From Octopus vulgaris (Eukaryota): 64,000 nucleotides of DNA. The stretch is from contig OX597818.1 of the NCBI GenBank assembly GCA_951406725.2, positions 142,414,001 through 142,478,000 of the forward strand. Direction: 5' to 3'. Shown here in pieces: positions 12,140-24,128 of this stretch (positions are counted from its first letter, which is position 1; each line of letters begins with the position of its first letter). The notes under the pieces were generated by a model that was not told where the DNA came from, did no database searches, and worked only from the letters and a program-made list of their open reading frames with translations. The translations under genes were made by a program, and so were the position numbers.

Positions 12140-12360
12140 CCATTTTCTATAACCCATCATGTAACATCTACAACAATCCAATTAAGAAGAAGATCGCAAA
12201 CAACTGGAAACTACTGCTCTTACTGTTACCATTGTTACACACACACAGGACATCCTGATGATAGAATCACACGACCTTTAATATCCACAGTAAAATACAG
12301 TAAAATTAATAGTTCAACTGATGCCAAACACCAAAAATCTCATAAGAAAATGTGAAGAAT
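12140..12360 (+). mobile_element. Possible highly decayed Penelope RT-EN linker fragment
   Basis: Frame-broken FYNPS...NTVKINSS.MPNTKNLI resembles the WFNPP...VK.SYS.MPN linker. Confidence 0.35.
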
Positions 12361-12542
12361 TGCAAATAAAATAGAGGAAATGTTTTTAAAAAATATGAGA
12401 AATTGAGAATAAAGTATATGAAACAAGAATGGAGTTTCTCTTTCAATATAATAACATGCATCCATACCTTCTCTCTATTATTATATATTCATAATATGTA
12501 TTTTTTCAAAATTATATGTTTGCTTTTATGTATGATATAGAC

Positions 12543-12595
<53 letters not shown>

Positions 12596-14892
12596 TGTAT
12601 GCATGCATGTATGCATACATATGCATAGATGTACATACATGCATACATACACACATACACATGCATACATATATATGTATACATGCATATATAAACATAC
12701 ATACATACATATATGTATATACATGTATATAATAGAAATATGTTACAAAAAGAAAATAGAAACTACACGTGGTAATGTGTATATATGCACATACATGAAC
12801 GTATCTATACATAAATTTATACTTATACGCATACACAATCACATGTATATATGTATGTATGTATCCATGTCTGTGAACATGTAAATTTACATCAAAGTAT
12901 AAATGCATTCTTCTACTGACATTTTATCCTATTGCATGCTCAACCAGATATTGGCATCGTGTTGTCATAGATAACCAACACTAGCATAAATGAACTATTT
13001 GAGAGAACAATTTTCACCAAATCACCACCATCTGAAGAATGCTCTGTTTAGCAGAAAACCTAAACTCTTAAAAAAGTAATAATATTTAATATTCATTTCA
13101 GTTTTAACATCTGTTTTTTCGATGCTAGCATGTCTTAGATGGGAGGTAACTGAAGCAAGATTTTTATAGCTGGATGCTCATCCTGTCGCAAACATTTATA
13201 TGTTTTTCAAGAAAAAGATTTTTTTTTATTCTAGAGAAATTTGAATACACAAAGTTAGCAGACAATTTGTTGACAGGAGATATCTTAACAAGCACTACTA
13301 GTAAAGAGTGATGTGTGAGTTTGTAGCCATAGTTGTAAATATTCACACAAACAGATATATGCAATTTGCTTCTTTCAGTTTCCATTGGCCAAATTCCCCA
13401 GAAAAACAGAAGTCAACTTGATAACTATCATAGAAGTGTTTTATCTGAGGCGACACACAGCTATGCTATTGAGAAATGAATTTTTTAACCACAGAGTCAT
13501 GCCTATATTTCACCTCATGATTTTATAACAACCTTGAAGAATAATTTAATATTAAGAAGAACATTCCATAAATTAGTGGGGTCATTAAACGATATTTTAA
13601 AAACAGTATTTTGAAAACACTTCAAAACAAATTATTTTCTTTCTAAACCAAGAAGGAGTCCAGTACGTATGTAAAAGAAATTTAGCTCTATGAATATACA
13701 GTGCTAACAATTCAGTTCTTTTGTTCAAATTGTTACTGTTTTAAAACAAAATTCTTAATTTTTCACTCAAAGGTCACATTGCATTTTTCATTTGAAGCTG
13801 CCATTCTTGTATGGTTGTACTGTATTTACAATTGATGAGGTGATCTTCAATTTGTGAAGACTTGCCTCACTTAAGATTCATGTAAATTTCAACAAAGACA
13901 GAAAATATTTTTTAGCAAGACTAACAAATGAATGGTTATGGTATCAAAATAAGTAGAGAGCTGTAAGAACACCCATAAAGAAAATTCTATCAAATGCTTA
14001 GGGAGTTCCCTTAGAAGTAGTTGATAGCTTCTGACATAATTAACTCTGGAAGAAAGTGCTCAAAGAGAATTACCGTCATATAAAAAATAGTTTTGGAAGT
14101 TATTACCTCTGCTAATAACAAAAGGATTTTCTGTGAGTGTAGGAAGCAGATTTAATAATGCTTGTACATGATGTGTGATGCTGCATAGTAGCAAATCATG
14201 AGGACTGAATGAAAAGGGTGTATAAATGAGCTAAGAGAAAAACTGAGCATATGTGGAAGTAGATGTAGTATGCAAAAGAGAAGACTGAACTTATATGAAC
14301 ATGTAAAATATATGGAGGATGGCAGCTGACTGGTGGCGAGAAATCCAAGTGGAAGGAACATGTAGGAAAAGAAAAGCAAGGAAGACATAGAAAGATGTGG
14401 CACAAACTCAGAAGGCCAAATCTCACAAAGGAATCGACAATGGATCACAAGAAGTAGTGAAATGCTGTATTGGAGAAGACAACAGCAATGGTTACTATAG
14501 TAGTAACAACAACATCAGCAATAATAACTGCAGTAACAATAATAGGAAAAAATAAATTAAGTTTTGCTGTCTTTTTACTCCCCTACCACTATACTACACA
14601 CACAACACACCACTAAGCTTACCATGTCTGCTCCATATTCCTTATAAATCAGCAAAGAATTGATGTATAAATATCCAGTTTTAACTCCAAGACATACACT
14701 CAGATGTTACTGTCATCACAGAACTTGGTTTCCATTACAAACAAGCAGATTGCTTTTAAAAGCTATCATGAACAAGAGAAAAAAATTGGAAAAAATAAAC
14801 TATCATCATCATCATCATCATCATCATCATCTATATATTTTTTAATACACTTAGTTATTCTTTTAATTTGTTAAAAATAACATGCTTATATG

Positions 14893-14925
<33 letters not shown>

Positions 14926-16693
14926 GTATATATGTATAAATATATTTTTTTTGTGTAAATGCATGTGTGCATATGCTTGTGCAACCACTTATTGCATGTA
15001 TATTTGTATATGAAACTATGATAAAAAAAAGAGTATTGATTAACCTTCTCCTTTCTCTATTTCTCTTTTTCAATTGGATCTCTAAAGAGTTTTCTAATTT
15101 AGTAAACCACTCCACTACATCAGCCTGCAGTGATTATGCTAAATGTAGTGTGTATTTCTTATATTAGCTCAATATGGATGATTTATCGGAAAGAGCAATG
15201 AGAAATTGTGTAGATTTTATGCTGAGGTGGATCGTGATGCTAACATGAGGGTAGTGAATTGTAAACTGATAAAATTTGGTAGTGTCAGGCACAATGCATC
15301 CCAGCATTTAGACGCATCCTTTTTACATGCTGGCTTCAAAACTTGTCAGCGCTGACTTCAATCATCCAGGATAAATATCTGAAACCAATATACATATCTA
15401 GGCCAATAAAACATCAATCGAATACTGCAGTTGCTTTAATTGTCTAATGCTGGTAACTTCCAAAATTCTCCAAGACAAGTACTGCATTAGAGAATCCTTA
15501 ATAAATCTTTTTAGAACTGATTGTGATTTAAGAATGGGTGAGGATATAAACTTTAGTGACTACAGTATTATTAGAGGCCACAAGTATTATTAGCATTAAA
15601 AGACTGTGTGTCTAGCACAAGTCAACAGGGGAAGATTTAATCAACTGTCCTACCCTAACAATAAATTTGTAGTCTTGTGTCAATATTAATGGATAATGAA
15701 ACACACCCTGTTATTTGCTATGCTAAAATCAACCTTGTTACCTCATTTGTCCATATATACCAGCTTCCTTGATGTCATCAGGCCAACTTCTCAAGTACTT
15801 GTTAAATGAAGTTAATTAAATATAAAAATTAAAATAAACTATTTTAGACAGTCATTGATTGGCTCCATCAATTCACATCCTGAAACTTCTAAACTGACAA
15901 ACACTTCTATTCTTCTTTCCCACAGAATAATCATTACTATGATCAACCATTTTCATTACTTCATTGTTATCAATACTTTCATCAACATCCTTATTATCAT
16001 CACAATCATCATAACCATTTCAGTATATCTTCCTTATTGTCCAGCCTTCCACTTAATTTCCAAAATGCCTATGACTACCCAAGAAGTCTGCTGTTTCTTT
16101 TGACAATGACTAGCCGGTGCCATTGTGTGTAACTGTGTATGGTATCTTGAGATAGATTGCTGGCAGATATCAGATGTAGTGAAGCCATGGTTCTTTGCAG
16201 CAATTCCTTCACTTTTTAAGGAAGTCTTTTAGTCATTTTCATGAACAGATTATAAGATGAAATTAGAAATACTAGAAAAGTAATCACTACAAAACCAATT
16301 CATTTATTTGTTTTCCTATAACACTTCTTCAATATTTGTGAACAGAAAGGAGAACTGTCTTAATAAGTATTTCAATGAGGTATCCTAAATTTTTATGATA
16401 TAGTAAAGAAAGCTGTGATATTCATACCTTTCCCAAAGCCATTAGAAGAGGTTCAACAGGAAATCGTAAATTAAATCAGTTTATTCAACTGATCATATTA
16501 TTTGTCAGAAAATTTATGCAAAGTACAGCTAAAGATTATCCCTAGGAATAAGGACCAACTTTTAAAAACTGAGGGTAGAATTGATATAATTGGTAATATT
16601 CTGACTCATCGAATCTAGTCAAACTGTCTAACTATACCAGCATGGCAGCAGAGATGCTAAATGGTGATGAGGATATGCACATATCATAATTAT

Positions 16694-16924
16694 TTAACCT
16701 TTTAGCATTCAAGAAGGCTATATTGGGCCCAAATATTTGATCTGTTTTATGTTTCAAACTGGCCAAATTTGGCTTCTAACATCTACCCAACAATGTCATT
16801 CTAAATATATAGACAATCACATCATCAAAATCACAAAGCTATGAGATAATGCATAATTAATTTGAAACAATGTGGCCAAATAAACATTACAGTTGATGGA
16901 TTAATCTGAATGCTAAAGGGTTAA
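16694..16924. mobile_element. piggyBac-type MITE (TTAA-flanked), family E
   Basis: TTAACCTTTTAGCATTC...GAATGCTAAAGGGTTAA. Relatives at about 33428-33854, 48628-48814 and 61700-61902. Confidence 0.75.
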
Positions 16925-17240
16925 TAGTCACTTTTCCATACATGCATGGGGCAAATGGAATTTGTTGAGTCAGATTTTCAATTAGCAGAAGCCTTTCATG
17001 TCACCAACTCTCACTTGTTTCATAAAGAAAGATAACATCTCCCCACAATCAGACATGTTTGTATGCAATATTAGAAATAAATGACAGTTTGTAAAACAGT
17101 AATGTTCATTTAATTTATAACAGCTATCACATAATATCAGTATGATAGGGGCACACACACAAACACACACATTTGAAGGGCTTTTTCAGTTTCTGGCAAT
17201 CATATTCACTCATAAATCTTTGATTGGCCTGAGGTTATAG

Positions 17241-17472
17241 GTGGCGGCAAGCTGGCAGAAATGTTGCATGCCGGGCGGAATGCTTAGCGGTATTTTGTCT
17301 GTCGTTACGTTCTGAGTTCAAATTCTGCTGAGGTCGACTTTGCCTTTCATCCTTTCAGGATCGATAAATAAAGTACCAGTTTCGCACTGGGGTTGATGTA
17401 ATCGACTTAATCCCTTTGTCTGTCCTTATTTGTCCCCTCTATGTTTAGCCCTTTGTGGGCAGTAAAGAAATA
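17241..17472 (+). mobile_element. SINE family B nested in a decayed family-A copy
   Basis: GGCGGCAAGCTGGCAGAAATG...GAGTTCAAATTCTGCTGAGGTCGACTTTGCCTTTCATCC...AAAGAAATA. Confidence 0.85.
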
Positions 17473-17709
17473 TATAGTAGAAAACACTTGTCCCAAGATA
17501 TCATGTAGTGGAACTGTATCCAAGACCATGACTAGGAGGCAAAGTTCTGAATCACACAGCTATGCCTCCGCTTTTGTGTGTGTGTGTGTGCATGCGTGTG
17601 TGTGTGTGTGCATGCATGTGTGTGTGTGTGTGTGTGTGTGGATTTAGAAGACATGTTTCTGAATCTCTTGCATCTCTTTTATTAGCATAGTCAGAAAAGA
17701 AGGACATCA

Positions 17710-17934
17710 ATAACCGTTTTGATGCCAAACCATCTGAAACCACCTCTGGCTTTGTGATACAAACTCCCTGTTTTAAAGTGGTTTGAATAAAAACCTTCCA
17801 TCAAAATTTCTTGCTAATTTATATTCCAAACACCAGCTTAATATAACCAACTTTTTTTCATCTTCCTTATTTCCAAAATTAACTGAAATTAAAGGCAGTG
17901 TGTTTCAACTGAAGCATGGTAACAAAAGGGTTAA
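17710..17934. mobile_element. piggyBac-type MITE, diverged relative of family F
   Basis: TAACCGTTTTGATGCC...GGTAACAAAAGGGTTAA. Internal similarity to 43125-43344. Confidence 0.6.
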
Positions 17935-18673
17935 TGACTATTTTCAGGACATCCAAGAGAAGTGGAAGAAAGAAATTCTGATTATTGATTATTATAAAAG
18001 GAAATAGCATATTAAGTTCTTCTCAAACTGGATACCTAATGTGAATGCTTGCAATAGAGTAGACCCTGGTAAATGTACTCAAGAACCAGGAAGCCACATT
18101 ATCCAGACAGAAGATTAAATTAAACACCAAGGGCTTTCACACATAAATCCACATTTTTCTTCTTCACCATCTACTTCTGTTTCTATAAGAAATATTCTCA
18201 ATGTAAGAGATGTACTTTCAACACTGGAAAATCTCCTTTCAACATTGGTCCTTATCAATGGACAAGTCAGTAGGCTTCATTAAATCCAATACTATATCAG
18301 GCTAGGTCTTCACTAACTTGGGGAATTCAAGTCTTTTGCAAAGTTACTCCAAAGCAATAAGTTTTGTAGCCTTATTTTTGGAATTCACACACACACAGAA
18401 ATATGAGCGCACATGCATAGACACACATACACACACAATAGTAGATTCGTTGAAGTGTGTTAAACATTAAAAGATATTTTGTAATGTTCATAATGTTCAA
18501 ATATGAACTGCAAAAGCAAAAATTTGATCAACTGCATTTAAATGCCCGAATTGTGAGGGACTATATATTGGTGAGACAGGGAATGCATTATCAGAACACT
18601 CATGAGTTCACAAACAACAAATCTGGAACACTAATGTTCATCAAATTCCATTGAATGAACATATAGAAACATA

Positions 18674-18844
18674 GGCACAGGAGTGGCTGTGTGGTAAGTA
18701 GCTTGCTAACCAACCACATGGTTCCGGGTTCAGTCCCACTGCGTGGCATCTTGGGCAAATGTCTTCTGCTATATCCCCGGGCCGACCAATGCCTTGTGAG
18801 TGGATTTGGTAGACGGAAACTGAAAGAAGCCTGTCGTATATATG

Positions 18845-18875
<31 letters not shown>

Positions 18876-19087
18876 TTGTGAGTCTGTGTTTGTCCCCCTA
18901 GCATTGCCTGACAACCGATGCTGGTGTGTTTACGTCCCCGTCACTTGGCAGTTCAGCAAAAGAGACCAATAGAATAAGTACTGGGCTTACAAAGAATAAG
19001 TTCCGGGGTCGATTTGCTCGACTAAAGGCGGTGCTCCAGCATGGCTGCAGTCAAATGACTGAAACAAGTAAAAGAGTAAAAGAGAGT
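18674..19087 (+). mobile_element. SINE family A, full length, inserted in the PLE endonuclease
   Basis: Full head to tail. AAACAT is duplicated at 18667-18672 and 19088-19093. Confidence 0.92.
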
Positions 19088-19560
19088 AAACATGTGGTCA
19101 GAAAATGTTTCTAATTTTTCTTTTCCACAAACTACATGACACAAGTGAGGTTGGAAGAAAGATAAAAGAAAAATGGTTTATGAAAATGTTCAAACCTGTT
19201 CTGAACGGAAATAACAACAATAACGTAACAACCAGTTAATGATGTGGATTAAAATATATCTTTACCATATGAATATAAACAAATTACAGAAGACTCCGAC
19301 CAATTGAAATAAAAACGATTGAAACCAACTAAATTTGTTCACTCATAGAACAATTACATGTAAACTGCAAGCTAATTGGTTAAAATAAAGGTGGGATCTA
19401 AGCCAGTCATATCCATACACAAGGAAAACGTTTAAGCTGCATGCAGATTGGTCAAAACTGTATTCCAAAACTTCAGCTTGTTGGAGCCTTCTAAGAGGCA
19501 CAAAAAAGAAGAAGTTAGTCATTTTACTACAGTTGTCAAGAACTCATAAATACATTTTGA

Positions 19561-19598
19561 AATCTGATGATTGCTACGAATGTATGAAAGTGCTAATT
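19561..19598 (+). ncRNA. Degenerate minimal hammerhead in PLE 3' UTR
   Basis: AAT-CTGATGA-TTGC..GTAT-GAAA-GTGC-TA-ATT. Helix III AGTGCT is one change from the palindrome AGCGCT. Confidence 0.55.
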
Positions 19599-20253
19599 GA
19601 ACTTTATGAAGATAACCAAATATTTTTTTAATGTTTAACACACTTCAACATCATAGAAAAATTTCTGTTTTTTTAAAATACCATAATAAAAAAAACGTGA
19701 AAACCAGACCATGTTCTAACTTTATTCAACTGATATATCATTCTATACACATTTACACAAATTTGGAAAAAAAATATATACACACACATATATCGTCTTC
19801 TATTTTTACATACATTTTTTCCATGCTAGCATAAACAAAGATGTTACTGAGGTATCGCTTTCAACCTAGATACTCTTCTTGACGTCAATTTTCAAGTAAG
19901 GACTCCCTTATTCTGAACACCTTGAAAGGCACAAAGTAAACAGGTGGTTTACTGATGGGGAAAAATGATAAGAACACTGTGTTAATGAAGTGACTTTCCA
20001 GTAAGCAAGTACAGATGTAAAACAAACCCAGACAAACAATGCGTGTACACAAACACACACATATACATAAATATATATACACATATACACACTTGATGAG
20101 CTTCTTTTACAGTTTGTCTACTGAATCCACTGAAAAGGATTTGGTTTGCCCAGGGTGATAGTTGAAGACTTTTCACCAAGGTGCAATGTAGTGGAACTGA
20201 ACCTGAATCCACATAGTTGGGAACCAAACTTCTCCTCCACAGTCATGCTAGTG

Positions 20254-20286
<33 letters not shown>

Positions 20287-20371
20287 TCATTTGTATTTAT
20301 ATCAGCTTCTCCACTCTGGCATGGGTTAAATGAAGACACATTACTGAAGCACTGTTTTACAGTTAGATGTC

Positions 20372-20413
<42 letters not shown>

Positions 20414-20420
20414 AGTAGAT

Positions 20421-20455
<35 letters not shown>

Positions 20456-20712
20456 CAGTAGATGAAACGGTGCATCGTCTAAGAAATTACAGGGTAAATG
20501 TTTTTTAATTTTCTCCTGGTTTACGGAATTGATGTTATTTTATGTTAAAGCTTTTGGCTGTTATTTCTAGTGGGTGAATGGCCTATTATGGCCGTTCCTT
20601 GATTGTGATGTTGAACTTAAAAATGGTTTATGACTATTTAATTTTTTCCCACTAGGCCGCTGGTGGCAAAAGAATTCTACAAAATTTTTTTTTTGCCACC
20701 CTATATTGATTA

Positions 20713-20752
<40 letters not shown>

Positions 20753-21219
20753 GGCTTCTGCATAGTTTCTCTTGACCAAATTTTACTCACAACGAATAGG
20801 TTAACTGAAAGGTATCGATAGAAAAGAGAAATAGAATTGTGGTGATGAAGTGTCAGGGTGAACCCTCAGGGTACAAGAAGAAAAACAAACGTATAATAAA
20901 TGACTATTGTTACAGACATGTAGTTTCAGCCTCATATCATAGGATATCAGGTGTATCTTCTTGTTGCTTCACCTAAAAACAAGTCACAGAAGAAACATGT
21001 ATGTGATCACAGGGCTGCCAGCTTCCAAGTCTATGACCCTTTGAGTCAGTGAAATTATAGTAGAGAGGAAAGCCCAAAGTATCACACTAAGGAATCAAAT
21101 TCAGAATTTCAAAAACCACATTAGTCAAAAGACTGTTTTCCATTACACATCAATAAAGGATATAAAAAAGGAATATATGAAACAGAGTTCAATTATAGAA
21201 TGTGTTAATGATTACTTAC

Positions 21220-21372
21220 ATTGAAGCTTGTAGAATTTGGCTTTTAATAAAGTAATATCCAAGAATTTTTTATAAGAAGAATTTCTCTTGTCTTTACATA
21301 ACGTGAAAAACCAAGAATCAAATTCTCTCAGTTCCTCTTCTGTTGGAGGCAGTGGAAAACCATCGTTTTCTC
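21220..21372 (-). CDS. Candidate internal coding exon (153 bp, phase 1-1) of an unidentified host gene
   Basis: Acceptor cttttatatttcag|G and donor AAT|gtaagt. Open frame ENDGFPLPPTEEELREFDSWFFTLCKDKRNSSYKKFLDITLLKAKFYKLQ. Non-repetitive sequence. Confidence 0.75.
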
Positions 21373-22884
21373 CTGAAATATAAAAGTTTCACATTGTAGT
21401 GTTTTTATTCAAATAATTCCAGGAATAAATTCAGAATTTCCATATATTAGTATTGAAATTTGTTAGTGTTTCCTTATAGATGAAGTGTTAGTGTTTAGTT
21501 TTGTTTTAATGGCATTAAGTGGATGAAAGAGAAATATGCCAGTTGAAAAAGAAACAGGATATGTTACCAGTTTGCCTCAACTATCACCCACCACCAGACA
21601 TTCTAGTACATATTCCAACAATCATTTAAAAGACAATGTGGGGAGCTACCCAAACTGCAAGAAATAGCATCCAAACCTACCTCAGCACATTCTAGTGTTT
21701 TTAAATGAAACTAAAAATAAAAAGGTATATTGCAATCTTAAATACACTGTATCTGAATGACCATAGCTGGAACAACCCTGATCATAAGTCTGTTCAGTCA
21801 GACTAAACAACATTAGCTAAATTATCTGCAATATATGAAACATCATTATCATCATCTTTTTATTGCCATCTTCCATGCTGGACAAGGTCAGATAGTTTGA
21901 CAGGATTTGAGGGGTTTAAGGACAGCTTCAGCATTGTTTTGGGCTCCAATATCTGCTTTGACATGGTTTCTATGGTTGGATGCCTTTCCTAATGCTAACA
22001 ATTTTACAGGTTGTACTGGGAGATTTTTTTCAGAGCACCAGCACAAGTGAGGTCACCATGCAGCTCCTAAGTCTGTGACCCTTTGAGTGAGTGAAGTTAC
22101 ATTAGAGAGAAATGTGGCTTTATGTTAGATGAGGGAATAAAGAAGAAAGATGGGGCCAGAACAGAACAGGTTTTTTGCTGCTGAGGAGCTTCATAGCTAC
22201 TCACATTTTAGAAGAGTGGGTGGGAGAAATCAGAGTAGAGCTGAAAAGAGAGATAGAATTGTGGTGATTAAGTGTCAGGGTGGACCCTCAGGGTACAAGA
22301 AGAAAAACAAACGTATAATAAATGACTATTGTTACAGACATGTAGTTTCAGCCTTGTATCATAGGGTATCAGATGTATCTTCTTGTTGCTTCACCTAAAA
22401 ACAAGTCACAGAAGAAACATTTATGTGATCACAGGGCTGCCAGATATTGGAAGTAAACCTTCTGCAAATCACATTCTATGGTCCTAAAACATGAATGAGA
22501 TATACCTCTGCAGGATAAAATAGCCCTGTGAACATTATAGCAGAAACAAAGACAGGACAGTCACAACTAGAATGCCTATCCACAACAGATATGTGACCTA
22601 AACAAAATCAGCTTTTAGAAGCAATTGGTGCACTACAACCTCATTGTCTCATCTCCTATACTTCTATAAATACTTTACCCCAAACCATCTGCCATACAAC
22701 TACATTGTTCAGAAGCTCCAACTCCTGCTCATTTTTTTTTTTTTCGCAAACTTAACCTCAGTAAAACAACAAACCCAAATTGAGAAATAATACATCAATC
22801 ACTGAATCTCTCTCTACAAGGTAAATCCTTCAGGGTACCCCACCACCACCACGTAGTCCAATGGGAACAGGGGCAAAATATAAA

Positions 22885-23090
22885 TATAATAATAATAATG
22901 TCCCTCTGTCATTGTCGACAATGGCCAAAGATGTCCCATAGTAAAAGAAAATGGGTCATAGAGCATCTAGCTGTGGTTAATCAGGCCATGTTTGAAAGGT
23001 TCTGCTGCAAGTCAAGCACTGGTGGTCTGCTGGGAACAAAAGCAAGGAACTGGCTCTAGACTTGCGCAGTTCACATTTTCTTTCTGCTCC
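22885..23090 (-). mobile_element. RTE-clade LINE 3' end
   Basis: AERKCELRKSRA...HQCLTCSRTFQ/HGLINHS resembles the C-terminal C..C...GL..H motif. Short 3' UTR ending in (ATT)n. Confidence 0.6.
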
Positions 23091-23103
23091 TGTGACATAT
23101 ACA

Positions 23104-23298
23104 CATGGTGTCCATAAGTTACCTTTACAATTTGAAAAATTCAGAAGGAAAACGAAAAATAAGGATAACTCAGCAGAGTTTATTGTAAAATATAGGCAAA
23201 CAAATAAAGCTTTATTAGAAACATCAGAACACTTCCACATAAACTCCAATGGTTGCATGCAATACAACTAGTTGTAAAGATAATTTATGGACACCCTG
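23104..23298. mobile_element. Tc1/mariner-type MITE
   Basis: TIRs CATGGTGTCCATAAGTTACCTTTACAA and TTGTAAAGATAATTTATGGACACCCTG followed by TA. Same CAGGGTGTCC end type as the element ending at 2529. Confidence 0.75.
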
Positions 23299-24061
23299 TA
23301 TAATGCAGAACCAGGTACTTCACTGTGGCATTTTATTTTATCAAAGCCAGAATAAGGAATAATGAAAAGCAAATTGAACCTTAGTGGGATTTGAAATTAG
23401 AATATAAAGGGCCTAAAATAATGCCACATGTATATTATCCAACACTAAGGATTATGTTCAATAGTCTCCTTAAAGATACTAGGGCGTGATTTGAGGGTGA
23501 TTTGGTTGCTATTTCTAGCACATGATATTAAAAATCACTATGAATGTGTCAGAAAACAAGCAGCAAGTATTTATCCCTTCATGTAATTTTACTCCTATTG
23601 CAATCATTTATGGTATATTAATTAAGCTTAACAAGCAAGTAATTTATTAAGCAAGAAAGTGGTGAAACTCAGTAGCAGAGAGGAAAGGTGCTGGACTAGA
23701 ACTACATATTTGTAAATTACAAATATGTCAAGACTATTATGTTGTGTAACAAATGCTGGCACGTAACTAATTAATTCAACATAATTGGCAAAAGGAATCA
23801 CTGCTGTTTCACACAGATAAGGAACTAAGGGAGGCCATCCCTGCTTGATAATTGCTTGGACAATGAACAAATTATGCAAACAACTCATTTATGAATTGAT
23901 TAGCATAAAATGAATATTAAATATTGGAAGATGAATATTAAGATGCATGTATGAGACTTTTTCACATTCCTAAACATACCATATTTAATTACTCTCTCTC
24001 TCTCTCACATACACACATTGTGTGTGTTTATAACTATCGAGTTATTTACCTTCATTTTGTT

Positions 24062-24128
<67 letters not shown>

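Larger units (their letters stand above)
18449..19695 (+). mobile_element. 5'-truncated Penelope-like element: GIY-YIG endonuclease remnant, 3' UTR with HHR, inverted terminal segment
   Basis: NCKSKNLINCI/KCPNCEGLYIGETGNAL...HKQQI...HIET, continuing after the SINE as CGQK...RKIKEKWFMKMFKPVLN. 18449-18481 is an inverted copy of 19617-19649. Confidence 0.85.

Noticed and set aside
14598-14700. Possible minus-strand exon ending ATG|gtaagc
   Set aside because: No polypyrimidine acceptor before the upstream in-frame stop.
20455-20705. Helitron-like end (GGTGGCAAAA...TTTTGCCACC hairpin)
   Set aside because: No CTRR terminus at the expected spacing. It could equally be a Tc1-type TIR remnant, so it is unclassifiable by eye.
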